Of a stretch of DNA of 64,000 nt, positions 53,094 to 63,840 are shown piece by piece. How positions within the stretch are numbered: the first letter of the stretch is position 1; each line of letters opens with the position of its first letter. Position numbers and translations under genes: made by a program. The notes beneath the pieces were generated by a model. The model saw only the letters and a list, made by a program, of their open reading frames with translations. It did no database searches and had not been told where the DNA came from. The stretch spans positions 6,208,001 through 6,272,000 of the forward strand of contig OY762007.1 in assembly GCA_963665115.1 (NCBI GenBank). The letters are read 5' to 3'. The stretch comes from an uncultured Rivularia sp. (GTDB lineage Bacteria > Cyanobacteriota > Cyanobacteriia > Cyanobacteriales > Nostocaceae).

Positions 53094-53111
53094 AATGAGA
53101 AACTTGTGAGG
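53094..53111 (-). promoter_or_regulatory. Direct-repeat box 17
   Basis: CCTCACAAGTTTCTCATT-N9-TAATAT on the minus strand. Confidence 0.8.
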
Positions 53112-53130
53112 AAGATGTTGAAAAATGGGT

Positions 53131-53961
53131 TTAGCAAAATTCAGCTTCTTCAATATTTGCACGGAAAAAATCAAAGTATTTATCAGTACCAAACCACCAA
53201 CCGACACTGATTTGAGAAGGAATAGTAAAACCTTCAAATGTTTGCTCTGACAAAACTTCTCCGCCAAAGGGAATATAAGTATGGCTACCATCTTCGGTTT
53301 TATCTCCCCAACGCGGTAAAGAAACTTTTAAAACTTTACCCTTTGAATCAATTACAAATGTTAGATGTAAATTTTCCCCATCTACTATTACGCTTGCTTC
53401 AATAGTATTATCATTAATTACCTGCCAATTAACACTATTTTGCGGTAATAAAGCTGAAGGTAGCCAAAAAGATTCTCCTATAAATCTACCAATAGCAGAA
53501 CGAGTGATATCTTGATTATGAGCATTTACAACTGGGATAATTCCCCATATAGAAAACCTTGTTCGACCAAAATGATTAAAGCAATAATCACTACCAATAA
53601 ATTTCATTAAACCGCTACCAATTTTGGCTTTCCAAACAAATCCTTTTAATGCACGAATAATTTGTTCGGCTTGCATCGGTAGCCAAGGTTTATCTGGTGA
53701 TAATCTAAAACTACCATTCATTGTTAATTTCACAGAATTCGCTAAGGGAGTTCCCGGTTGAATTGCGTGGAGAAAATAACGCTGTACGGGTTGTGGTAAT
53801 TCCGCAATCATTTCGGTAGTAAATACAGAATTATTTGGAGTTGTTTCTAAGGAATGCCAAATTTTATTAGTTTCCCTAACCTCTGTTAAGAATTTCAGAT
53901 AAATAGGGATTAAGAAGAAAGCAGTTAGTGCAGTAATTACTAATGAAATCTGGATAATCAT
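53131..53961 (-). CDS. Conserved membrane-anchored hypothetical protein (DUF6544-like)
   Basis: N-terminal TM; LPQPVQRYF.HAI.PGTP; GFVW; WLPSALLP. Confidence 0.75.
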   Translation of the reverse strand: MIIQISLVITALTAFFLIPIYLKFLTEVRETNKIWHSLETTPNNSVFTTEMIAELPQPVQRYFLHAIQPGTPLANSVKLTMNGSFRLSPDKPWLPMQAEQIIRALKGFVWKAKIGSGLMKFIGSDYCFNHFGRTRFSIWGIIPVVNAHNQDITRSAIGRFIGESFWLPSALLPQNSVNWQVINDNTIEASVIVDGENLHLTFVIDSKGKVLKVSLPRWGDKTEDGSHTYIPFGGEVLSEQTFEGFTIPSQISVGWWFGTDKYFDFFRANIEEAEFC

Positions 53962-54024
53962 TTGACTCTCCCGAACTCAATTTAAGTTAATCAAATTATT
54001 ATGGTTTAGTAAGAGCGCTTATTC

Positions 54025-55152
54025 TTAGCTATAACCTAAAGGTAAAGAACCAATAGAATCTTCTAATCTAGAAATATGCTCGGTATTCCCCACATAAATA
54101 CCCAAAGATTGCGCCGTTTTCACCAAAAAATTATCGGGTTTTACCAGCGACGGACTTTTAGCTATAACCTTTTCTAAAGGTACTGCTACTACTTCTCCAT
54201 TTTGCCAAGCCAACATTTTTGCAGTTTCTCCGTTAGCAATCAAATCAACAGCAGCTTTACCAAAAGCACTTGCCAACAATCTATCCCCAGCAGAAGGAAT
54301 ACCCCCTCGTTGAATATGTCCCAATACTGAAACTCTAATATCTAACTGATTGTGGGAACAGTTGCGAATTTCATCAGCAATATATTGTCCCATGCCGCAG
54401 GATGGTTTTGCTGTTTCACATTTAGGATAACAACAACTATCTTTAGCTATTCGAGCGCCTTCTGCAACAACTACAATTCCAAATCTGCGTCCCCAATTAT
54501 CTCGTAATTCTCGCAAGTGGGAACAAGCACCCTTAATTGAATAAGGTATTTCCGGAATCAAAATACAGTCAGCCCCTCCAGCTATTCCAGCCTGAAGTGC
54601 TAGATGTCCCGCACTCCTTCCCATTACTTCCACAATCATTACCCTATCGTGACTTGCAGCAGTAAAAGTTAAGCGGTTCAAAGCGTCAACAACTGTATTT
54701 AAAGCAGTATCAAAGCCTACTACTTTCTCTGTAAATGCAACATCATTATCAATTGTTTTGGGAATTGCAACAAACTGCCAATTTCCTTTATCCCGTAATT
54801 CATCAAGAATCGTTAAACTACCATCTCCCCCAATACCAATTAAAGCATCTAATTCTAATGCATTGTAACCAGCGATTATTTCATCAATATGAGCCAAAGT
54901 ATCGCCTTTATTAATGCTACCAAGAATAGTACCTCCCATATTTAACAAAGGATTCATACCTCGTAAATCCATACCGTGTACGGTCAAAGGAATAGCTTTT
55001 TTTTCTAACAACCCCGTTGTCGCATAGGGAATACCAAAAACTTGCCAATCATAAGTTACAATCGCATGGCTAACTACTGCTCGAATTGCAGCATTAAGTC
55101 CGGGACAATCACCACCACTTGTCAAGATACCGAGACGTTTTTGAGTTTTCAT
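54025..55152 (-). CDS. pfkA: ATP-dependent 6-phosphofructokinase
   Basis: LTSGGDCPGLNAAIRAV, IGGDGS, PKTIDND, VEVMGR, VLGHIQRGG. Confidence 0.96.
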   Translation of the reverse strand: MKTQKRLGILTSGGDCPGLNAAIRAVVSHAIVTYDWQVFGIPYATTGLLEKKAIPLTVHGMDLRGMNPLLNMGGTILGSINKGDTLAHIDEIIAGYNALELDALIGIGGDGSLTILDELRDKGNWQFVAIPKTIDNDVAFTEKVVGFDTALNTVVDALNRLTFTAASHDRVMIVEVMGRSAGHLALQAGIAGGADCILIPEIPYSIKGACSHLRELRDNWGRRFGIVVVAEGARIAKDSCCYPKCETAKPSCGMGQYIADEIRNCSHNQLDIRVSVLGHIQRGGIPSAGDRLLASAFGKAAVDLIANGETAKMLAWQNGEVVAVPLEKVIAKSPSLVKPDNFLVKTAQSLGIYVGNTEHISRLEDSIGSLPLGYS

Positions 55153-55163
55153 TGCAGTTTACC

Positions 55164-55361
55164 TTAAATAGTTCTATCTAACCAATCAAAAATCTGCTCC
55201 AACTGGCTTAAATCAACTAATCCATATTGCCAGAGAAGCATCAGTAATAACACTGATGAATTTTGTCGTAAATTTTGCAATCCCAACTCTATACTATCTT
55301 TGGAGATAGCCAAATCTGCTTGTAAAAAATTGAGGAATTTAATTAATTTTAGCTTAGACAT
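55164..55361 (-). CDS. DUF2949-family small protein
   Basis: FLQADLAIS..SI...LWQYGLVDL.QL.QIFDWL. Confidence 0.85.
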   Translation of the reverse strand: MSKLKLIKFLNFLQADLAISKDSIELGLQNLRQNSSVLLLMLLWQYGLVDLSQLEQIFDWLDRTI

Positions 55362-55406
55362 AATTTACACCCTCACGAAACCCTAATTGTCAGACTAAAG
55401 AGAAAA

Positions 55407-55424
55407 TTTGAGAAACTTGTGAGG
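55407..55424 (-). promoter_or_regulatory. Direct-repeat box 18 (upstream of DUF2949-pfkA)
   Basis: CCTCACAAGTTTCTCAAA-N9-TAGTCT on the minus strand. Confidence 0.85.
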
Positions 55425-55436
55425 ATTTGGTGGAAA

Positions 55437-56333
55437 TCAATCTTTAATCATGCTTTGATTGCGAGGATTGGCTAATATTAAAAACAGCAAAGCGCCAAGA
55501 CCAAAAATATTTATTACCGACATCATTAGTCCACCTAATAATGGAATTAAACCGATTAAACCTAAAATCAGCATTCCTAAAAGAAATTGTTGTACCGTTG
55601 ATTTCTCCCTATGTCTCATAGCTTGCTCTCCCAACCACATCGCTACACCCAGAGTTCCAAGTATGACTGCAATATAGCTCATGAAGCCAACTACAGGTAA
55701 TAACGGGATGCCAATTAAGGTAAGTGTTAGCAAAATAACTAATACGATTATGCTAAGCAAACCGCACAAACCCCACAACCCGCTTTGTAAAGGATATCGA
55801 TTAAGAGCAATTGCTATCGAGTGTAAAAAATTGGGTCGCCACTTGATAATTAAAACACCAAAAATAGCGCCTACAATGATTTTAAAAATATGAAAAGCAC
55901 TACCGAAGAAATAGCGAACTAAAAAGCTATTGATTCCTCTTCTTTTAGTACCGTAAACTCCCCATCCGCTCAAAGTACCAGAAGAGCCAGTAATAGTTGC
56001 TCCTTCCTCTGTTATAACTTCACCAGCTACCGCATAGGCATCACCATCAACACGGGCATTTTTTTGTAGAATTACATCCCCATCAATGGCGATCGCCGTT
56101 TGTCTGACTCTGGCACCTTCTTCAATAGTGACATCTCCTCCAATAGCGTGAGCGTTGTCCACAACTGTATTTTTAGGAATTCTGACATCACCACCCAATC
56201 GAATAATATTATCGTTGTTAATATCAATATCTGCTTGTGCTAAAGCTATTGTTGAAAATATTGGTGCAAATAAAATAGCGCTCAAGATTGATATTAATAT
56301 CAGTTTTAACCAGCTTTTTCTTAAGTATTTCAT
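55437..56333 (-). CDS. Membrane protein with beta-helix-like (GGDV) repeats
   Basis: Signal peptide; GGDVRI/GGDVTI/DGDVIL repeats; multi-TM C-half. Confidence 0.75.
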   Translation of the reverse strand: MKYLRKSWLKLILISILSAILFAPIFSTIALAQADIDINNDNIIRLGGDVRIPKNTVVDNAHAIGGDVTIEEGARVRQTAIAIDGDVILQKNARVDGDAYAVAGEVITEEGATITGSSGTLSGWGVYGTKRRGINSFLVRYFFGSAFHIFKIIVGAIFGVLIIKWRPNFLHSIAIALNRYPLQSGLWGLCGLLSIIVLVILLTLTLIGIPLLPVVGFMSYIAVILGTLGVAMWLGEQAMRHREKSTVQQFLLGMLILGLIGLIPLLGGLMMSVINIFGLGALLFLILANPRNQSMIKD

Positions 56334-56391
56334 GACTGATTCCTTATCATTAGTTGAATATTTTTAAACTTGTGTTTGTAAACCTGTAAAA

Positions 56392-58870
56392 TCAAATAAC
56401 CGTAAATGCCGACGCTACAAAGTCAAATATTAGCTTGTGCCGTACTTGTGGAAAGCCGCTGTAAATTTTAGATTTGGACAGTGGTAAAATAAATTTCTTA
56501 GTAACAATAGTTGGATCTTTCATTGCCATTGGAGCGCTCATCATTGCATCTGTTCGCTTTTTAATATTGCCTTCTAACTGCGAAGGTAAACCATTAGCAT
56601 AGTCTCTGAGGGTTATTTCAATCGCTTTTGTTGAATTCGCAGACAAAGTTAAAGATATTCCCTCTGATGGCAAATTGTGATAAATAAAATTCAAAGAGCG
56701 TTGATTTTGAGTTAATCCACTTAAATCTAATAATTTACCGTTAATGCTCGCGCTTAGTATCTCTTCTGCTACCTTTACTTGAACTTGAATATTATCTGCT
56801 TGTCTGGGAGAATTGATTTTTAACTGCAATTTTCTATTGTTACCTTTAGCGATATCCTCAATAATTTCGATATTCGGCGATGCTAAAGTTACTTTTGGTG
56901 CTGATGCTTTCCAACCCGAAGTTTTCGAGAAGGGAGATATTTCAACTTGACTTTTAGCTGTACCATCTGTAAAAAATTGCGATGTCCATTGATCGAGATT
57001 TTTATCGCCACTTATCCAAAAAGATTTATCGGTATCAGCATCTAAGAGGTAAGCAATGCTATTGGTTTTAGGATATTTGGCATCAAAGCCGGAGTTAACA
57101 GTTGCTACCCCAATTAATAAAAAGCTGACAAAAATTGCAATTCCGGGTATTAGCCAGCGTCGGTAAATTTTTCTTTGAGAAAATCCGTTTCTAAGTAAAA
57201 CGAAATGTGGCAGCATTAAACCAAATAGCAAAGCAGTAAATACCATCGGTAAAGTTGTAAACGGTATATTTGTCAGCGCTTCAAAGCGGTTCATTAAAGA
57301 AGCAAAGTGATAAACTTGATTGGGAATAAGCAAAATAATCCCCGGTATGGCAGTAATAGAAAAGATAATAACTTGCTGCCAAGAATTAGAAATTTGCTTG
57401 CTAGTTAAAAATATCCAGCCCAATCCTAAAAGCGTGAAAAATAATGGTAGCGTAAATAAATAGCTAGCACCGGGCATTAATAAACTAGTTAGCACCATCA
57501 AAGTTGCCCATACAAATATTGCACCGAAGAAAAGATCGTGCAGGTGAAATTTAGTTAACAGCCAAGTATAAAATGCACTCATTACCGCAATAGTTAGGGC
57601 AATAAAAGCAGCATGGTAAATATCGCTATAATAATAACCGATGATAAATATTTGTAAGTTGGGATTTAAAATTTTGACAAGCCACCATACCAAGTTGACT
57701 ATTACAACAGCACTAACAATACTCAACACAAAAGCCACTACCGAAAAACTAATTCCTTTGAGAGTTAATTGCTTGCGTTGAATACCAAGGATGACAACTG
57801 CAATCAAAAGTAATCCTGTAATTATCATTTGTGGAATTACCCAAGCTTGAGAATAGTAAACAACTACTCCCGGCAGAATATTAAAATAAACTGCATCCGT
57901 ATCGGCAGTAATATTGCTTAAATTAATGTTGCCAAAGTGACGAGCTAGCCCTAATGCATAAGAGCCTTGATGCTGAATGCTGCGCGGATCTATTACCTCT
58001 ACGCTGTCGCGATCGGTATGATAAGCAGGTGTATCGGCACCATAGAAAAAACCAAGCCCAGCGCTACCGACATCCATGTATTCTTCTAAATCACAACCAA
58101 GACGCTGTGCGGAAAATAAATTGAGAAATGATGAGAAGAAAGAAGAAGTAAAAGGATACGGTACCGCTTTAACAAACTCCTTTATTAAGGTATTGTTATT
58201 TTCACTGGTGCTGTATAACAAGCTCGCACCACCACTACCCATTGCCTCAAAGTTAATTGCCAAACGGATATCCTTTGCCCAAGGATGTTCCTTAACAAAT
58301 GCCCGCGCTCCTAAATCACCGTTTTCTTCACCATCGGTAAATACGATTAGGACATCATTTTTAAGAGACGATTCATTTTTAAGTATCCGCGCCGTTTCCA
58401 CCAGAGTTACAACACAGGAAACCGCAATCGCTAGCACCCGGAGCAGTTGCACCAGAATCGTAGTGTGCGTTGAGTGCAATTGCTCCGCTGCTATTACTAC
58501 CTTCGAGTCGAGCGATAACGTTATATACGGTACCAGACTCGAAAACCTGAGAACCGGGAAAGCGTTGTACGGCAGTAGTTTTTTGTACAGTTGGCTGCAA
58601 ACCAATTGCAGTTAACTCCCGAACTAAATATTCCCGTGCTGCAACATTACCAGTAGAACCCATCGGACGAGGTTTTTGAGCAATGACTTCCAAATGTTGC
58701 ATTGCTCTTTGAGCCGAAAACTCCCTCAGTGGCGCACTAGCTGGGATAACAGCAGGAGGAATTAACTGCCATAAAGCAACAACAACACTTAGCAAAAGTA
58801 TCAGCAGCAAAAACAAACTTTTACTCAAGCTAATTTGCTCAACTGACCGAGATAAGCTCAATTTCATCAC
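56392..58870 (-). pseudogene. M28-family membrane peptidase split by a +1 frameshift
   Basis: NAHYDS..PGASD in the first frame and FTDGEE, NFEAMG, YHT in the second. Removing one A at 58419-58421 gives PGASDCGSCVVTLVETAR. Confidence 0.82.
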
Positions 58871-59004
58871 ATCATTTTGGTAGAAATGTCTAATAAAGAG
58901 ATATGGGATCTGGAGATGGAGTAGATAATTCCTAACTCCTCATTCCTAACTCCTAATTCCCCTACTGATAACTGCTCACTGTTAACTGTTAACTGTTAAC
59001 TGTT

Positions 59005-59631
59005 TTACCCACTACACCAAGTATCGAGCATCCGAGTTTCCATAGCTTCTGGGAATTCTTCACAGTATTCTTCAAAGGCAGTTTTAGAAACTCTCTTGGC
59101 TTCTTGATGTGCTAACTCAGCTTGCAACTCGTCAACAATATCCCAAGCAACAGCGCACTCTTCGGAACGAGGAGAGGTTTCGCTGCAAGCAATGCGGGCT
59201 TTTTTAATTGCATCTTGAAGCTCTTGTTCTAATACAGTAACCCGAGGTAATTCAATAAACTTGCTTTCATTAATGATATCGACAAGCGAAATGATACCCA
59301 TTAATTCTCCTTGAATTACGGGTGCCCTGAGCAAACGATGTTGGGCAAATAATCGCGCTACAAATTCCACACCTAAGTCGGGATTTACTACTATACAAGG
59401 CTTACTCATGATTTCGTACACGCGCACTTTGGCTGGATCTTTACCAAAAGCGATTACTTTATAAACTATGTCTGCTTCGGTAATAATTCCGTAGGCATCT
59501 TGGTCGTGACGACGCTCTACAATTAATGCGTGCCATCCCCTCGCTTGCATTAACTTAACTGCTTCTGCCACAGTTGCGGAACTGCGAACGGTAGCAACAT
59601 CTGTAGTCATAATGTCTGCTGCTCTCAACAT
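59005..59631 (-). CDS. CBS-CP12 fusion protein
   Basis: Two CBS domains, then ARIACSETSPRSEECAVAWDIVDEL...FEEYCEEFPEA; GGAGG RBS. Confidence 0.92.
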   Translation of the reverse strand: MLRAADIMTTDVATVRSSATVAEAVKLMQARGWHALIVERRHDQDAYGIITEADIVYKVIAFGKDPAKVRVYEIMSKPCIVVNPDLGVEFVARLFAQHRLLRAPVIQGELMGIISLVDIINESKFIELPRVTVLEQELQDAIKKARIACSETSPRSEECAVAWDIVDELQAELAHQEAKRVSKTAFEEYCEEFPEAMETRMLDTWCSG

Positions 59632-59652
59632 AATCCACCTCCGTGGTATTTT

Positions 59653-60327
59653 TTAATAATGATGATGTCTAAGACGCGGTTTTAACAGCCAAACCAGAAA
59701 GATACCCGTAATCGAACTAATGACAATCCCCATTACCCCACCCGTTGCGATCGCAATTAAAGATGCATGAATATTAAAGAAGGGTGTCTCAATTCCCGCA
59801 CCAATAAAAGCTACTACAATACCCAAAGACCAAGCTAAAGCATTGGCAAATACCCACCAAATTGCTTGTTTGCTTACTGTTTTAAGAATCAGCCATTGAG
59901 CGTATCCGATTACTGTTCCGACAGCAGCACCTAATAAAGCAACTTCCTCTATTAATGTTGTAATCTTCTGATGGAGATTAGCAGCATAAAAAAGTCCAAT
60001 CACAGCGCTTACCGTCAATCCCGTAAACCAAGATATAAGCACTCCGGCTGTTGTCAACAAAATCCAGTAACCTGCATTTCGGATATGGCGACGTAAAACT
60101 AACCATTGAGCAAATCCTAATAAAAGCCCTTCTAAAGTTCCTAGTAACAGCAAAATTTGGTATATATTTTCAATGCCAAACTTATCGATTGCTTGACTCA
60201 GATAAACTGCTACGAACCAGCCTATAATTTGAGCGATGGTCGAAGCTATTACCCATCTTTCCCATAGTTTCAAGCTGTTGTTTTCTTTAAGTCGATAATG
60301 CTTGTGCATGATATTGTGCATCCACAA
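59653..60327 (-). CDS. Multi-TM membrane protein with QWL repeats
   Basis: LGFAQWLVLR..W and IGYAQWLILK..WW repeats. Confidence 0.75.
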   Translation of the reverse strand: MWMHNIMHKHYRLKENNSLKLWERWVIASTIAQIIGWFVAVYLSQAIDKFGIENIYQILLLLGTLEGLLLGFAQWLVLRRHIRNAGYWILLTTAGVLISWFTGLTVSAVIGLFYAANLHQKITTLIEEVALLGAAVGTVIGYAQWLILKTVSKQAIWWVFANALAWSLGIVVAFIGAGIETPFFNIHASLIAIATGGVMGIVISSITGIFLVWLLKPRLRHHHY

Positions 60328-60427
60328 AAATTTGCTGTTACCTTTGGAAGTTGAAAATTAAACTTTTATTGGTTTTATTTGCGGGTTTAATCCTCCTAAT
60401 TGCTATATTTTGGTTATATATGAATAA

Positions 60428-60445
60428 TTTGAGGAACTTGTGAGC
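60428..60445 (-). promoter_or_regulatory. Direct-repeat box 19
   Basis: GCTCACAAGTTCCTCAAA-N9-TATAAC on the minus strand. Confidence 0.8.
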
Positions 60446-60468
60446 GTCCGATTCACTATGAACCGAAA

Positions 60469-62040
60469 TTACGAATTAGTAATTATTCCGTCAAATTTCC
60501 ATGAATGCAGAGCGCGTAATTGAGATGTTTTTTTCGATTGATGTTCCTGCATTCTTTTCAGCACATCATCTAATACTGTGACGGCTTGAGCTTGGTAACG
60601 TCCTTTATTTAACATTACGCATTCCGCCCTTTCAGCCATTGCTGCATCGGTCATTTCAGCGCGAGAGGGAACTCCTTTTTTTACAAATTGCTCTAGAACT
60701 TGTGTAGCCCAAATTACTGGAACATGAGCGGCTTCACATAGCCAAAGTATTTCCTCTTGCATTTCTGCTAGTCGCTGATAACCAATTTCTACCGCTAAAT
60801 CCCCGCGAGCAATCATCACCCCGAAAGGTTGTTTACCCGCAGCACGGATAATTAATTCGGGAAGATTTTTTATCGCTTGGGGAGTTTCAATTTTTGCTAC
60901 CAATGCGATTTCATCATGCGAACGTTTATGCTTACGAGCTTCTAACTCTTGCTGCAAAACTTCAATATCTGCAACCTCTTGCACAAAGGAATATCCAACA
61001 ATATCCGCATGGGTAACAATAAAGTCCAAATCTTCTCTATCCTTATCCGTAAGCGGACTCAATTTGAGCGAAGTATCTGGAAAATTTATTCCTTTGTCGG
61101 CAGAAATTTTTTCCCCTTTGTCCCTAGCATGAGTAATTTTTATTACTACTCCTTGGGGCATCAAACATTCAACATAGCCACCAATACGTCCATCATCAAT
61201 CCAAATACTGGCTCCTATTTCCAACTTATCAATAATTGACGGAATAGTAATTGTTGCTTGCCAAGATCCAGGAGTTTCAAAATTAGAGCCATTTTGCGAT
61301 TCTAAATCGGGTAATTCACGTCTTAGAAGTAAAGAATCTCCGGGAAATATATGCTTATACCTATAAGGAGCAATAACACGCTCAATCCGAGGTTTTGATC
61401 CAGCTAAATCCATCATAATTTTACAACGCTGTCCGGTTTGGGCTTCTGCTCGACGGACATGAGAAATTATTGCTTCCCAGGTTTGTGGTGAGTCATGAGC
61501 GCAGTTAATTCGCACGCAGTTTGTACCTTTATGCAGCAAATCTTGAATATTTTTGTAATTGAGAGAGGTGGTTGAAGGTAATGTCGCCATGATTCTTACC
61601 CACCGTTGATTGTTGATTGTCCCTAAAACATCTTCTGTATGATGTCTGAGAAGATATTCTCCTTCTAAAAAAGAATGTATTGAAGGACGACTTGGCAGAG
61701 AATTCGGTTCTGAAGAGCAAATAGCACCCAAAGTAGAAATTACTGCGTCTAAATTGGGTAATACTCTTGCTTCTATTCTACCCAGAGATGACAATCCCCA
61801 AGGTGTTAAGGCTGCTTGTAAACTACGTAAATCGTGATGCCTTAAAGCTAGATAATACGCTAGATTTTCAGCACTTTTGATAAAAGAATCTCGTTGAATA
61901 TCGGGTTTCCATTGGGAAAAGATTTCTTGTCCTTCTTGATATACCGATTGACGAATAGCTTGAAGCGTAGCAAGCAATACTTGAGGGTCATCTAAATCTC
62001 TAGATTGAGTTTCAACACCATGATTTTGGACGCTTAACAT
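60469..62040 (-). CDS. pyk: Pyruvate kinase, atypical (N-terminal extension, no C-terminal regulatory domain)
   Basis: RINCAHD, MDLAGSK.R, AKIET, MIARGDLAVE, WATQVLE, PSRAEMTD. Confidence 0.92.
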   Translation of the reverse strand: MLSVQNHGVETQSRDLDDPQVLLATLQAIRQSVYQEGQEIFSQWKPDIQRDSFIKSAENLAYYLALRHHDLRSLQAALTPWGLSSLGRIEARVLPNLDAVISTLGAICSSEPNSLPSRPSIHSFLEGEYLLRHHTEDVLGTINNQRWVRIMATLPSTTSLNYKNIQDLLHKGTNCVRINCAHDSPQTWEAIISHVRRAEAQTGQRCKIMMDLAGSKPRIERVIAPYRYKHIFPGDSLLLRRELPDLESQNGSNFETPGSWQATITIPSIIDKLEIGASIWIDDGRIGGYVECLMPQGVVIKITHARDKGEKISADKGINFPDTSLKLSPLTDKDREDLDFIVTHADIVGYSFVQEVADIEVLQQELEARKHKRSHDEIALVAKIETPQAIKNLPELIIRAAGKQPFGVMIARGDLAVEIGYQRLAEMQEEILWLCEAAHVPVIWATQVLEQFVKKGVPSRAEMTDAAMAERAECVMLNKGRYQAQAVTVLDDVLKRMQEHQSKKTSQLRALHSWKFDGIITNS

Positions 62041-62088
62041 TTCTACTATCTCCCAATACTTTTGCTCTTTTTATTTATAGAGAATAAA

Positions 62089-62106
62089 TTTGAGAAACTT
62101 GTGAGG
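62089..62106 (-). promoter_or_regulatory. Direct-repeat box 20 (upstream of pyk)
   Basis: CCTCACAAGTTTCTCAAA-N9-TATAAA on the minus strand. Confidence 0.85.
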
Positions 62107-62422
62107 TCACACTCCAGAAACAAATCATTTGACCCATATTGTTTTACAATAAACTATACTTCCTGGCAGTAGGCATTCTATATTTTTGACTCGGAATCAA
62201 ATGCCGAAATAAAAATAGATTTACTTAACCAAGCCCAAAAATCAAATTATCGGCAGGACAATTCAGGGAGCAATGCGATTTTGTGAAAACGAGTGCGAGC
62301 GCCATACCTACACTTAGAGTTAAAACAAAAAAAGTACATTAAACCGTTGCTAAGTAATTACACTATGTTCTCATAAATACAGGTCAAAGGTTAAGGTTTA
62401 ATTACCAATTACCATTCATAAA

Positions 62423-63700
62423 ATGCTGAACAGGAAGTTAACAAGCAACAGATTAAAACAAATTTTTTCTGGTCAATATATCCGTAACGTTGCTTGGCTT
62501 GGTGGAGCAGAATTAGCTTCGGGAGTCTTCCGCTTGGGGACAACGATTACTTTAGCTCGTATGTTCAGCCGGGAAGACTATGGGTTGATGTCAATTATTT
62601 ATACTGTTTTTGAGTTTGCCAATGTCTTTACGCTTAGGGGTAAAATTAAAGCCAAAATAATTCAAGCTGACGAAAAAGATGTCAAAACGATATGCAACAC
62701 ATCGTATTGGTTAAATTGGATTTTGTGCGGGTCTATTTTTCTTATTCAATGTCTTGCAGCTTCTTCTATTGCTAATTTTTATGGAAAACAACAATTAGTT
62801 TTACCAATTTGTGTAGCAGCGATAACATACTTGATGTTTCCATTGTACATGGTTAATTTAGCCATAATTGAACGAAAAAATCGCTTGAAAATTACAGCAC
62901 TTTGCAACGCCGTTCAGTCACTTGCCAGCAATACAATCACGGTTATCCTTGCCATTTTAGGTATGGGAATATGGTCAATAGTTTGGGCTATGGTTCTCAC
63001 AACTCCAGCATGGATTATCATCACCTGGAGAAATCATAATTGGCGACCACCTAAATATTTTTCTTTAGAGGGGTGGCGAAGTATTGCTGGTTTTGGAGGT
63101 AATTTACTGGGTGTCGACTTATTAAATAAGCTAAGAGGAAATATTGATTACCTTATAATAGAAAGATTTTTGGGAATTGAAGCATTAGGCATTTATTATT
63201 TTGCTTTTAATGCTGGATCGGCAATAAGCATGAATGTATTTAAAACATTTAATTCAGCTTTATTTCCTTATTTATGCGAAACAAGAGATAACATAACTCT
63301 ACTTAGACAAAGATTTTTTAGCAGTCTCAAAACAACTTGCATCTTTATATTTCCACTAATTATTTTGCAAGCTAGTTTAGCTCCATTTTATGTACCAATT
63401 ATCTTTGGAGAAAAATGGATATCTGCAATTCCAATCTTGGTAATAATTTGTCTCTCCAGATTACTTGTACCAATTAATAGTGCCGTTTATCACTTATTAA
63501 ATGCTGTAGGTAAACCTCATATAAATCTGTATTGGAGGATTATCGAAACTTTGACATTTACAATATTAGCTTTATTTGTTGTGAAATCGGGAATTTTAGC
63601 GGTGGCGATATTAGTCACTACTTTCCAATTTGCTACCGTAACGGGATTTAGTATTTGGGTTACGCAATACATACTGAAATCAAAGCATAATTATCATTAA
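62423..63700 (+). CDS. Wzx-type polysaccharide flippase
   Basis: LARMFSREDYGL, GMGIWSIV, NIDYLII..FLG..ALGIY, IFGEKW. Confidence 0.88.
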   Translation: MLNRKLTSNRLKQIFSGQYIRNVAWLGGAELASGVFRLGTTITLARMFSREDYGLMSIIYTVFEFANVFTLRGKIKAKIIQADEKDVKTICNTSYWLNWILCGSIFLIQCLAASSIANFYGKQQLVLPICVAAITYLMFPLYMVNLAIIERKNRLKITALCNAVQSLASNTITVILAILGMGIWSIVWAMVLTTPAWIIITWRNHNWRPPKYFSLEGWRSIAGFGGNLLGVDLLNKLRGNIDYLIIERFLGIEALGIYYFAFNAGSAISMNVFKTFNSALFPYLCETRDNITLLRQRFFSSLKTTCIFIFPLIILQASLAPFYVPIIFGEKWISAIPILVIICLSRLLVPINSAVYHLLNAVGKPHINLYWRIIETLTFTILALFVVKSGILAVAILVTTFQFATVTGFSIWVTQYILKSKHNYH

Positions 63701-63840
63701 TCAATCTTTATTTATGAATTAATCTTAAAAAAATTGCTTAGTGCGTGACGCTACAAACCTTTTAAATAACAACAAAATTTGTTAAAGCGTCACATACCCT
63801 ACAAAAAAATAGCGTTGACAATCCCCTGTCCCCCGAATTT

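Noticed and set aside
52856..53291. Track ORFs 52856..53044 (+) and 53082..53291 (-)
   Set aside because: The first is antisense to the better-supported 45-aa ORF; the second overlaps the 53131 gene and runs through box 17.
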